Assembly: GCF_000284455.1 (NCBI RefSeq) | Contig: NC_017039.1 | Location: forward strand, 3,390,001-3,422,000 | DNA from: Synechocystis sp. PCC 6803 substr. PCC-P | Lineage (GTDB): Bacteria; Cyanobacteriota; Cyanobacteriia; Cyanobacteriales; Microcystaceae | Reading direction: 5' to 3' | Length of the DNA: 32,000 nucleotides | Shown here: in pieces, positions 9,573 to 18,496 of the stretch | How the letters are laid out: every line of letters begins with the position of its first letter | How positions within the stretch are numbered: position 1 is the stretch's first letter | Notes under the pieces: model-generated | What the model was told of the DNA's origin: nothing | Databases searched by the model: none | The model's input: only the letters and a program-made list of their open reading frames with translations | Translations under genes and position numbers: made by a program

Positions 9573-10016
9573 TTACTTAAAATATTTTTGTTTGGCAATA
9601 ATTTTCATGACTTTTAACAATAAAGCTAAATCATGATCCTTGGCAAAAACGCCGTCAATTTGGGGCAGGTAACTGCGAGCTTGTACCGTGATCTGACTGT
9701 CGGCACAATCCGTAATTAGTAGTAGGGCCGGCGGCTTAGCAGACAATTTTTTAATAATGGTCACTAAATCTAAAGTAGCTGAAATATCAATTGATTCATA
9801 TTTAATCCCGCAACCAACTAGGATCGAATGATATTCTCCAACGTCAACATTGTTAAACAAAATATCTTGGAAGTTGATAGCAGAAATTTCAAAACTTGGA
9901 CATAAAAATCGCTTGACTGATTGATACCACTGCCGATCCATTTCTAGGATACCAATTTTTGCCTTCGTTTTCTTGCAGGTCAGGGCAGAGGCTTTTTTAC
10001 CGGCTAGTTTCAACAT
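9573..10016 (-). CDS. Degenerate receiver-like (pseudo-receiver) protein between ccaS and cpcG2
   Basis: 147-aa ORF 27 bp upstream of ccaS; REC-like spacing (KIGILEMDRQW ... SILVGCGI ... PALLLITDCAD ... DGVFAKDHDLALLLKVM) but the expected phosphoacceptor Asp position reads VGCG. Confidence 0.7.
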   Translation of the reverse strand: MLKLAGKKASALTCKKTKAKIGILEMDRQWYQSVKRFLCPSFEISAINFQDILFNNVDVGEYHSILVGCGIKYESIDISATLDLVTIIKKLSAKPPALLLITDCADSQITVQARSYLPQIDGVFAKDHDLALLLKVMKIIAKQKYFK

Positions 10017-10124
10017 TGGAGTCTGGCCTCAAATACAAAGTCTGCAAAGTCTCGAAATATTAAACCAGAGAATAAATAATTAAACGCCAAAATATTTCTA
10101 GCAAAAACCCCAGTTATTAAACCG

Positions 10125-10152
10125 CCTAAGTCCCCCAGGAAAGGGGGATATA
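10125..10152. repeat. GC-rich hairpin repeat CTAAGTCCCCCAG-N-GGGGGATATA
   Basis: TCCCCC (10131-10136)/GGGGGA (10143-10148); shares CTAAGTCCCCCAG with the reverse complement of the repeat at about 23576-23605. Confidence 0.55.
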
Positions 10153-10200
10153 ACAGTATAGATTTTGTCAGCCTTCAGCTTGGCTTTACCGTCAAAAAAA

Positions 10201-10950
10201 CTACAACCCAATAATGCCCCAAGCACTAAGGGCAACGGCAATTATCCCTAAACTGACTAACGCCCCTCCGACGTAAAGCACGACTTTCCCTGCTAGATAA
10301 ACCCCGGCGGGATAGGGTTGCTTTTGCCATTCCCAACGGTAAGTTAACGGAGCTTGGTTGCGGAAGTAGCCGATCGCCTCTAATTTTTCCCGATGATCAG
10401 CACCGTAACGGGGCATCCGGGCAAAGGGTAACTCACCACTAATCCGTTGGGGCAGAATGCGCCGCCGTTGATAGGGCACAGTATCGTAGCCAAAGTTTTC
10501 TAAATATTCTTGACTATTGAGCAGTTCGTTGATGAAGCCAGGTAACCCTTTAGTGGCGATCACAATGGACCAAGCAATTTTTTCTTCTTCACTATAAACA
10601 TCTCGACCCAGTAATCGTTGAATACACATTTGTACAAAACGATAATTATTATTTACTTCAAAATTGCGACGACGAAAGCTATCCGAAAGAGCTAGACCAC
10701 GGATAAAATCCCGCACGGTAATTTGCTGATTTTTGAATTGGGATTCTAAGGCAATCTGCCGATTACTTTGAATCATTTGTTGCTCGTTGAACACCTGACG
10801 ATAGGCTGCGGCGATCAGATTATCCATGGCAGAGGGAGAAAGGGTGCCCTCCGTGGTGAAAATACGAGCGTGTTCATCTCCAGAGACTTCGTAGTTGGTA
10901 ACCCGTTGATTCTGACTAACGGGAGCATAAGCAATTAAAGGCAGTGTCAT
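10201..10950 (-). CDS. cpcG2: Phycobilisome rod-core linker CpcG2 (CpcL type) with C-terminal membrane segment
   Basis: 249 aa; Pfam PBS_linker_poly-type sequence ([17 protein letters not shown]...[13 protein letters not shown]-like) and C-terminal hydrophobic helix [27 protein letters not shown]. Confidence 0.95.
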   Translation of the reverse strand: MTLPLIAYAPVSQNQRVTNYEVSGDEHARIFTTEGTLSPSAMDNLIAAAYRQVFNEQQMIQSNRQIALESQFKNQQITVRDFIRGLALSDSFRRRNFEVNNNYRFVQMCIQRLLGRDVYSEEEKIAWSIVIATKGLPGFINELLNSQEYLENFGYDTVPYQRRRILPQRISGELPFARMPRYGADHREKLEAIGYFRNQAPLTYRWEWQKQPYPAGVYLAGKVVLYVGGALVSLGIIAVALSAWGIIGL

Positions 10951-11063
10951 AGATAAAGTTAGTAATTAAACTTAAAAGTTGTTTAATGTCCAGCCAATAA
11001 CTGGTATGTGTTGGCATTAAAAATGCGATCCTAACAAAGTAAAATTGAAGAAAAGGGGGAGAA

Positions 11064-11085
11064 AATCGTAAAGAAATCGGAAAGT
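11064..11085 (-). promoter_or_regulatory. CcaR-binding direct repeat upstream of cpcG2
   Basis: Minus strand reads CTTTCCGATTTCTTTACGATTT: two abutting 11-mers CTTTCCGATTT (11075-11085) and CTTTACGATTT (11064-11074), matching the known CTTTNCNATTT CcaR/G-box motif. Confidence 0.9.
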
Positions 11086-11188
11086 TAGCTGATGCGACTA
11101 AAACTGTTACATTTCGCAACATGAATTAACCCAGACCTGTTCACCCCTTCAGGTAAGCTGAGGTTGATAGAGAAAAGCACAATGGGCT

Positions 11189-11893
11189 ATGAGAATTCTT
11201 TTAGTGGAGGATGATTTGCCGCTGGCGGAAACCCTTGCTGAAGCATTGAGTGACCAGCTTTACACCGTTGATATTGCCACCGACGCTTCCCTCGCCTGGG
11301 ACTATGCCTCCCGACTGGAATATGACCTCGTTATTTTGGATGTGATGCTGCCGGAGTTGGACGGGATTACCCTCTGTCAAAAATGGCGATCGCACAGTTA
11401 TTTAATGCCAATTTTGATGATGACAGCCAGGGATACGATCAATGATAAAATCACGGGCTTGGATGCGGGGGCGGATGATTATGTGGTCAAGCCAGTGGAT
11501 TTGGGGGAGTTATTTGCCAGGGTGCGAGCTTTGTTGCGTCGGGGTTGTGCAACGTGCCAACCAGTTTTAGAGTGGGGGCCAATCAGGTTGGATCCAAGCA
11601 CCTATGAAGTTAGTTATGACAATGAGGTTTTGTCTTTGACCCGCAAGGAATACAGCATTCTGGAATTACTACTCCGCAATGGCCGTCGGGTGCTAAGTCG
11701 GAGCATGATTATCGATAGTATCTGGAAGTTGGAGAGTCCCCCAGAGGAAGATACGGTTAAGGTGCATGTGCGGAGTTTGCGACAAAAATTAAAAAGTGCC
11801 GGTTTATCAGCAGATGCCATTGAAACGGTCCATGGCATTGGGTATCGTCTGGCCAATTTAACGGAAAAATCTTTGTGCCAAGGGAAAAACTAG
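11189..11893 (+). CDS. ccaR: OmpR/PhoB-family response regulator CcaR
   Basis: 234 aa; REC domain (EDD, LVILDVMLPELDG, MMTARD, VVKPVD) and winged-helix C-terminal domain (RKEYSILELLLRNGRRVLSRSMI...VKVHVRSLRQKL); divergent from cpcG2. Confidence 0.95.
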   Translation: MRILLVEDDLPLAETLAEALSDQLYTVDIATDASLAWDYASRLEYDLVILDVMLPELDGITLCQKWRSHSYLMPILMMTARDTINDKITGLDAGADDYVVKPVDLGELFARVRALLRRGCATCQPVLEWGPIRLDPSTYEVSYDNEVLSLTRKEYSILELLLRNGRRVLSRSMIIDSIWKLESPPEEDTVKVHVRSLRQKLKSAGLSADAIETVHGIGYRLANLTEKSLCQGKN

Positions 11894-12105
11894 CCCTGAA
11901 AACCATGGTTACTCATGCAAGAATCCGTTCACTCGTTCACGCCCCTTTCTGAGAGCTAGTTTCTAAAGTAAAAATTAAGAGGTAATACGAGAAAGCATTA
12001 TACGGATGAGGGCACCATAAATTATTGCTTCACTTATTTCGGTATAAAGTTCGTAATCCTTGCTTAATCGCCGATAGCGATTTAATCAGCCAAACGAAAT
12101 CAGTC

Positions 12106-12955
12106 ATGGCTTACGATCTTGATTTACGCATTAAGGTTATAGTTTTCATCGAGAGTGGTGGTGGAATCACAAAGGCTTCGAAAACATTTAGGGTGGGCAG
12201 AGCAACAGTTTATCGCTGGTTGGGCAGAGAAGAGCTTGCGGCAACGAAAGTGGAGAACCGTCAGCGTAAGATAAACAGAAAAGAATTAGAAGAGGATGTG
12301 AAAAATAATCCTGATATGCTTCTAAAAGAAAGAGCTAAAAAATTTGGTGTGACTTCTGCTTCACTCAGTTATCAATTCAAAAAAATGAAGATTACTAGAA
12401 AAAAAACAGTTACTTTATCAAGAGAGGGATGCCCAAAAGCGAGCAGAATATCAAAAAATCTTGAGGCAGTTAGTTTTAATATACGGTATTGAAAGTCTAG
12501 TATTCATAGACGAAGCTGGTTTTGAGAAATTTGCATCCTCACTTTATGGATGGTCTAAAAAGGGAGAAAGAGTATATGGAGAAAAGCAGGGGAAAAGAGG
12601 GAAAAAAGAAAATCTTGTAGCGAGAAAAAGAAAAATGCAAAAAGACTTGATAGCGCCGATGTTATTCACCGGAAGCTTAAATACAACAGGTTTTGAAGGA
12701 TGGCTTAAATTCTTTTTAATACCAACATTAACAATGAAATCAATCTTGATTATGGATAACCCCCCCCCCATTCATCGAAAAAATAAGATTAGAGAAATAG
12801 TGGAGTCCGCAGGACACATTATGTTATTTTTGCCAACTTATTCTCCAGACTTGAATGATATAGAGCATGATTTTAGTGCATTAAATAGAGCGAGAATGCA
12901 GGCAACTCCTGATACTAGTATAGATAAATTTATTCAAGATCACTGCATAGTCTAA
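12106..12955 (+). mobile_element. IS630/Tc1-mariner family insertion sequence (ISY100/ISY523-like); transposase in two frames; element ends not delimited
   Basis: ORF1 from ATG 12106 (MAYDLDLRIKVIVFIESGGGITKASKTF, HTH) to 12492 and ORF2 to 12955 (SLVFIDEAGFE, MDNPPPIHR, YSPDLNDIEHDFSALNRAR, a DDE pattern). ORF2's frame read upstream gives KKQLLYQERDAQKRAEYQKILRQLVLIYGIESLVFIDE, which joins ORF1 at the A8 run 12399-12406. Confidence 0.85.
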
Positions 12956-13059
12956 TGTCTCATAGTTATGCTAATCAGCTATGCTAGCCTATGACAAAGC
13001 AGCCCCCCCTCGATGGTGATTGTTTGGTCGGATGAAGATGAATGTAATAAGCAATCAAA

Positions 13060-14466
13060 TTAGCCTAGTACTTCCCGCACATCAGCTACTTGCCCCGTAA
13101 TGGCCGCCGCCGCGACCATCGCTGGACTCATTAACAAAGTACGGCCAGAGGCAGAACCCTGACGACCCTTAAAGTTACGGTTGGAAGAGGAAGCACTCAG
13201 TTGATCACCCTGGAGTTTGTCGGGGTTCATGGCCAAACACATGGAACAGCCTGCTTCTCGCCATTCAAAACCCGCCGCTTGGAAAATTTGATCTAGCCCT
13301 GCTGCTTCGGCCTGTTGCTTGACTTGTTCGGAACCGGGCACCACAAAAGCTTTTACCCCGGCCGCTACCTGGTGACCCTTGGCTACCTTAGCGGCTTCCT
13401 CCAGGTCGCTCAAACGACCATTGGTGCAACTACCAATGAAACAAACATCGACCTTGGTGCCTTTCAGCGGTTGTCCCGGCTGGAATTGCATATATTTGTA
13501 GGCTTCGCTGGCGATCGCCTGATCATCGGGGTTGAGGCTGTCAAGGGTAGGAACCGGCTCACTGATGCCAATGCCTTGGCCGGGGGTAATGCCCCAGGTA
13601 ACGGTGGGTTCAATGTCCTCTGCCCGGAAGGAAACCACATCGTCGTACACCGCATCGGGTTCACTGGCAATACTGCGCCACCATTGCACTGCCTTGTCCC
13701 AATCTTCCCCTTGGGGAGCAAACTCCCGCCCTTTGAGGTATGCAAAAGTTACTTCATCTGGGTTGATATAGCCGCAGCGAGCTCCCCCCTCAATGGACAT
13801 ATTACAAACGGTCATGCGTTCTTCCATATTCATGGCGACAAAGGTTGATCCGGCATACTCATAGGCATAGCCCACCCCGCCCTTAACGCCCAATTTGCGG
13901 ATAATGTGGAGAATCACGTCCTTGGCGTAGACCCCAGGGGCTAAATCACCGTTAACCTCAATTTTTCTTACTTTTAACTTATTTAAGCTCAAACTCTGGG
14001 CTGCCAACACGTCCCGCACTTGGGAAGTGCCAATGCCAAAGGCGATCGCCCCGAAGGCCCCGTGGGTAGAAGTGTGAGAATCGCCACAGGCAATGGTCAT
14101 ACCTGGTTGGGTTAGGCCCTGTTCCGGGGCAATGACATGGACAATGCCTTGATTGCCGGAGCCAATGGGATGGAAGCGAATATTATGGGCTTTGGTATTA
14201 ACCTCCAACGCTTGCATCATTTCTTCAGCTAAGGAATCCTGGAAAGGCCGTTGCTGATTTTCCGTCGGCACAATGTGGTCCACCGTAGCCACCGTTCTTT
14301 CTGGATACATAACCCGCAACCCCCGCTCTTTCAGCATGGCAAAGGCCTGGGGACTGGTGACTTCGTGGATCAGGTGCAACCCGATGAAGAGTTGGGTTTG
14401 ACCCGATGGCAAAACACTGATGGTGTGGAGATCCCAAACTTTGTCAAATAAGGTTCTTGCGCTCAT
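13060..14466 (-). CDS. leuC: 3-isopropylmalate dehydratase large subunit
   Basis: 468-aa aconitase-family protein: [55 protein letters not shown]. Confidence 0.97.
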   Translation of the reverse strand: MSARTLFDKVWDLHTISVLPSGQTQLFIGLHLIHEVTSPQAFAMLKERGLRVMYPERTVATVDHIVPTENQQRPFQDSLAEEMMQALEVNTKAHNIRFHPIGSGNQGIVHVIAPEQGLTQPGMTIACGDSHTSTHGAFGAIAFGIGTSQVRDVLAAQSLSLNKLKVRKIEVNGDLAPGVYAKDVILHIIRKLGVKGGVGYAYEYAGSTFVAMNMEERMTVCNMSIEGGARCGYINPDEVTFAYLKGREFAPQGEDWDKAVQWWRSIASEPDAVYDDVVSFRAEDIEPTVTWGITPGQGIGISEPVPTLDSLNPDDQAIASEAYKYMQFQPGQPLKGTKVDVCFIGSCTNGRLSDLEEAAKVAKGHQVAAGVKAFVVPGSEQVKQQAEAAGLDQIFQAAGFEWREAGCSMCLAMNPDKLQGDQLSASSSNRNFKGRQGSASGRTLLMSPAMVAAAAITGQVADVREVLG

Positions 14467-14694
14467 GGTGGAAGTCTAGACAGGGCGATCGCCGAGGGAA
14501 AATGAATGGAGAATGGGGTGGTGGTCGTAGCGACTATCACCATCTTAGCCTGACCTGACAACCTGAACCTAGGAACAATAATGGAGAAAAATCCAGTCAA
14601 TTTGGTCTTAAAGTCTGGGAAATTAGGCTAGGATGTCACTCAGAGCTTGTCTGAAAACTCCCTCTGGCCCGCGACAAAGATTTGATTAATCCCT

Positions 14695-15960
14695 ATGAGT
14701 ACTATTTTAGTTGTCGAGGATGAAGCCATTATTCGGGAGTTAATTGGCGAAACCCTGAGTCTGGAAAATTATAAGATTCTAGAAGCAGAAAATGGGGCGG
14801 TGGCCCTGGGGCTGCTCAACTCCTTGGAGGTGATGCCCGACTTGATCATCTGTGATGTGATGATGCCGGAAATGGATGGCCATGGCTTGATTACAGCCCT
14901 GCAAAAGAACGCCAAAACCGCGGCTATTCCCTTCATTTTTCTGACAGCTCTGGGTACTATGCAGGATTTTCGTAAGGGCATGAATTCCGGCGCGGATGAT
15001 TACTTAATTAAGCCTTTTAAACAAGAAGATTTACTGAATGCGGTTAATAGCCGTCTGCAAAAACAAGCCAAGTTGTCAGCCTTTTATCAGGGGAGTATAT
15101 CTAGTTCCTTGACCGAGAGGCCACGCCGTTCTGGTACCATCGGTACACCGACCCTCACCCCGGATGAAGCGGAAATTTGGCGGGATTTAGAAGTGGGTTT
15201 AAACACTGGGCAAGTTTTTCTCTTCTACCAACCCAAAGTATCTATCCACAACCATTGTTTGGCCGGCTGTGAAGCCTTGATCCGTTGGCACCATCCCCGT
15301 AAAGGTTTTGTTTCGCCGGGACTTTTCATCCCGATCGCCGAAAAAACTGGCTTTATCAGCGTGGTGGGGGAATGGGTAATTGAAACAGTTTTACGTCAAT
15401 GTCAGCAATGGCAGTACCAAGGGCTGGACCCGATACAAGTGGCAATCAACATTTCTGCCCGACAATTCCATGGAGAAGACCTAATTTGCATTTTGCGGCT
15501 CGGCACCCATAAGTATGATGTCAGTCCCCAACAATTGGAAGTGGAATTAACCGAAACTTTGTTGGTGAAAAATGTCCAGGATTCCATTAAGCAGTTGAAT
15601 GAACTCCGGGCTGAGGGTTTCAGTGTGGCGATCGACGACTTTGGCACTGGTTACTCTTCCCTAAGTTATCTGCAGCAGTTCCCCTTTGATGTGCTGAAAA
15701 TAGATCAAAGCTTTGTGCGTCACATTGACAAAAACGCCAAGAATAAAACTATCACCGCCTCAATTATCAACCTAGCCCACGAACTAGAGTTGCGAGTAAC
15801 GGCTGAAGGGGTGGAAACCTGGGCAGAATACGATACCATTGCCCACATGGGGTGTGACGAGTTACAAGGCTATCTTTTTAGTCGTCCTCTGCCAGTGGCA
15901 GATTTCACCGAGTTGTTAAGCCGGGGCACGGATGTTCCTATTTTGCCCCTACGGCGCTGA
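14695..15960 (+). CDS. Response regulator with C-terminal EAL domain (REC-EAL)
   Basis: 421 aa; REC motifs (EDE, LIICDVMMPEMDG, FLTAL, LIKPF); EAL motifs CEALIRWHHP, VELTETLLV, IDDFGTGYSSLSYL, VLKIDQSFV, VTAEGVET; no GGDEF domain. Confidence 0.93.
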   Translation: MSTILVVEDEAIIRELIGETLSLENYKILEAENGAVALGLLNSLEVMPDLIICDVMMPEMDGHGLITALQKNAKTAAIPFIFLTALGTMQDFRKGMNSGADDYLIKPFKQEDLLNAVNSRLQKQAKLSAFYQGSISSSLTERPRRSGTIGTPTLTPDEAEIWRDLEVGLNTGQVFLFYQPKVSIHNHCLAGCEALIRWHHPRKGFVSPGLFIPIAEKTGFISVVGEWVIETVLRQCQQWQYQGLDPIQVAINISARQFHGEDLICILRLGTHKYDVSPQQLEVELTETLLVKNVQDSIKQLNELRAEGFSVAIDDFGTGYSSLSYLQQFPFDVLKIDQSFVRHIDKNAKNKTITASIINLAHELELRVTAEGVETWAEYDTIAHMGCDELQGYLFSRPLPVADFTELLSRGTDVPILPLRR

Positions 15961-15998
15961 CAGTTCAGTCAAGATGCGAAAAATTAAGCAGATTAATA

Positions 15999-17267
15999 AT
16001 GGTATTACACCAACAACGTTTCTCCCTCGACCATGGAGCTTTTTGTCAAACCTTAGCCCAAACTGAAAATTTACTCATTGTCCAAGACTTGGATGGGGTC
16101 TGCATGGAATTAGTGCAAGATCCCCTCAGTCGCCGCCTGGATGCCGATTATGTCCGGGCCACCACCCTGTTTGCTGAACATTTTTACGTGTTGACCAATG
16201 GGGAGCACGTGGGAAAAAGAGGAGTACAGGGCATTGTGGAACAATCCTTTGGGGATGCTTCCTTTGTGCAACAGGAAGGCCTATATTTGCCCGGTTTGGC
16301 GGCCGGGGGAGTGCAGTGGCAGGATCGCCATGGCAAAGTAAGTCATCCTGGAGTGGGGCAAACGGAGCTGGAGTTTTTAGCGGCGGTGCCCGAAAAAATC
16401 ACTAATTGTTTAAAAACCTTTTTTGGCGATCGCCCCCATTCCCTATCCCCAGAGCAATTACAAACGGGCATTGAAGCTTCGGTTTTAGATAATGTGGCTT
16501 CCCCCACCGCCAATTTAAATACCTTGGCCAATCTGTTACAAGACTTTCCGCAAATTTACCGAGATTTGCAGGAAACCATGGCTCAATTATTGGATCAGTT
16601 GATGGCGGAAGCCGTTGCCCAGGGTTTGGGGAATAGTTTTTTTGTCCACTATGCTCCCAATTTAGGTAGGGATGAACGAGGTAAGGAAATTATTCGTTGG
16701 GCCAAAGCTGGGGATTCCGGCACCACCGATTTTCAATTTATGTTGCGGGGTGGGGTCAAAGAAGCCGGGGTTTTGGCTTTGCTAAATCGTTACTATCACA
16801 ATCGGACAGGGCAATATCCTCTGGGAGAAAGTTTTAGTGCTCGCCAAGCGCCCCCATCCCACCAGGACTTGTTGCATTTGGTGAAAGCGCAATTTGATCC
16901 GGCCTTGATGCCGCTGATCATTGGAGTTGGGGATACGGTCACCAGTCAGGTGGATGAAGCTACCGGGGAAATTCGACGTGGCGGGAGCGATCGCCAATTT
17001 TTGCAATTAATCCAAGATTTGGGGGATTGGGGAAATCACGGTAACTTAGTGGTGTATGTGGACAGTTCCCAGGGGGAGGTGAAAAATCGCCAACCTCTAC
17101 AACTAGAAACCGTGGCGGGGCAAACCCAAGTGGTGGCTGGCCCTGGGGATATGCGGGACAGGGAAGAGCCATTGAAGATCAATGTGGCTTTTCCTGGTGG
17201 CCATGACCAATATGTAGCGGCGTTTAAGCAGGCGGCCCAGCGCCGAAGAGTCCATTTTTCCCAGTAG
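15999..17267 (+). CDS. stpA: Glucosylglycerol-phosphate phosphatase (StpA/GgpP)
   Basis: 422 aa; HAD-like NLLIVQDLDGVCMELVQDP and GVGDTVTSQVDE; sequence recognised from memory; followed by ggtA. Confidence 0.9.
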   Translation: MVLHQQRFSLDHGAFCQTLAQTENLLIVQDLDGVCMELVQDPLSRRLDADYVRATTLFAEHFYVLTNGEHVGKRGVQGIVEQSFGDASFVQQEGLYLPGLAAGGVQWQDRHGKVSHPGVGQTELEFLAAVPEKITNCLKTFFGDRPHSLSPEQLQTGIEASVLDNVASPTANLNTLANLLQDFPQIYRDLQETMAQLLDQLMAEAVAQGLGNSFFVHYAPNLGRDERGKEIIRWAKAGDSGTTDFQFMLRGGVKEAGVLALLNRYYHNRTGQYPLGESFSARQAPPSHQDLLHLVKAQFDPALMPLIIGVGDTVTSQVDEATGEIRRGGSDRQFLQLIQDLGDWGNHGNLVVYVDSSQGEVKNRQPLQLETVAGQTQVVAGPGDMRDREEPLKINVAFPGGHDQYVAAFKQAAQRRRVHFSQ

Positions 17268-17297
17268 TTATGGTGGTGAAGCCATTCTCCGTGGTCG

Positions 17298-17366
17298 AAT
17301 TAAGTACCCATTAAGTACCTAATCTCCGGGTAGTATGAACGGGGTTACACCGGTTAGTTTTAACCG
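17298..17366. promoter_or_regulatory. Repeat cluster upstream of ggtA: near-duplicate ATTAAGTACC and dyad CGGTTA-N4-TAACCG
   Basis: Read directly: ATTAAGTACCC / ATTAAGTACCT around 17299-17320 and CGGTTAGTTTTAACCG at 17351-17366. Confidence 0.4.
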
Positions 17367-17404
17367 TTTGATTTTAATTTTTTGTTGTATCGTAATTTTT
17401 GCCT

Positions 17405-18496
17405 ATGGCCAGTGTCAGTTTTGAACAGGTAACTAAACAGTTTGATGATTATGTTGCCGTTAATAACTTGAATTTGGAAATTGAGGACGGGGAGTTTTTA
17501 GTTTTTGTGGGGCCGTCTGGTTGCGGCAAAACTACCTCCCTACGACTTTTAGCCGGGCTGGAAACCGTTAGTCAAGGACAAATCTGCATTGGCGATCGCC
17601 GGGTGAATGAACTATCTCCCAAAGACCGGGACATTGCCATGGTATTCCAGTCCTATGCCCTCTATCCCCACATGAGTGTTTATGAAAATATGGCCTTTAG
17701 CCTCGACTTACAGGGCAAACCCAAAGAAGAAATTAGGCAAAGGGTCTGTAGCGCCGCTGAATTGTTGGGCATCGAAAAATTACTGCATCGTAAACCCAAG
17801 GAATTGTCGGGGGGACAGCGGCAACGGGTGGCAGTGGGGAGAGCCATTGTCCGTAAACCCTCTGTGTTTTTGATGGATGAACCCCTTTCTAATCTGGATG
17901 CCATGCTCCGGGTGCAAGCCCGCAAAGAAATCAGTAAACTCCATAGCGACCTGGCCACTACTTTCATTTACGTTACCCATGACCAGGTGGAAGCTATGAC
18001 CATGGGCGATCGCATTGCTGTGATGAAGGATGGCATTTTGCAACAGGTGGACAGTCCAGCTAATTTGTACAATCAGCCCGCTAACCTATTTGTGGCTGGT
18101 TTCATTGGCAGTCCCGCCATGAACTTTTTTCAGGTGGAAAGATTAAGTCAGGAAGGAAAAGAAAAGCTGAGTTTGGACGGTGTTGTTTTACCAATGCCAG
18201 ACAGTGTAGCCAAAAACGGCGATCGCCCCCTAACCCTCGGTATTCGCCCTGAAAATATTTACCATCCCCAATATTTGCCCTTGGAAATTGAACCCATGGA
18301 GTTGCCAGCCACAGTTAACCTAGTGGAAATGATGGGCAATGAATTAATTGTTTATGCCCAAACTCCTGCCGGTACAGAATTTGTGGCCCGCATTGACCCC
18401 AGGGTAAATATTAAGCAGAAAGACTCAGTTAAATTTGTGGTTGATACCCAACGTTTTTACTATTTTGACCGGGAAATGGAAACGGCGATCTTTTAA
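17405..18496 (+). CDS. ggtA: ABC transporter ATP-binding protein for glucosylglycerol/sugar uptake (MalK/UgpC-like)
   Basis: Walker A GPSGCGKTT, signature LSGGQRQRVAVGRA, Walker B VFLMDEPLSNLD, C-terminal TOBE-like region. Start placed at ATG 17405; TTG at 17399 is an alternative. Confidence 0.92.
   Translation: MASVSFEQVTKQFDDYVAVNNLNLEIEDGEFLVFVGPSGCGKTTSLRLLAGLETVSQGQICIGDRRVNELSPKDRDIAMVFQSYALYPHMSVYENMAFSLDLQGKPKEEIRQRVCSAAELLGIEKLLHRKPKELSGGQRQRVAVGRAIVRKPSVFLMDEPLSNLDAMLRVQARKEISKLHSDLATTFIYVTHDQVEAMTMGDRIAVMKDGILQQVDSPANLYNQPANLFVAGFIGSPAMNFFQVERLSQEGKEKLSLDGVVLPMPDSVAKNGDRPLTLGIRPENIYHPQYLPLEIEPMELPATVNLVEMMGNELIVYAQTPAGTEFVARIDPRVNIKQKDSVKFVVDTQRFYYFDREMETAIF

Noticed and set aside
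12025-12105. Upstream 27 residues of transposase ORF1
   Set aside because: Homology to IS630 transposases begins at MAYDLDLR (12106).
11941-12105. Attempt to find the left terminal inverted repeat matching 12956-13010
   Set aside because: No convincing match by eye; I therefore do not give element boundaries or a TA duplication.
12984-13012. Poly-C stretch after the transposase as a functional element
   Set aside because: Short homopolymer near the IS end with no partner sequence; nothing beyond composition.
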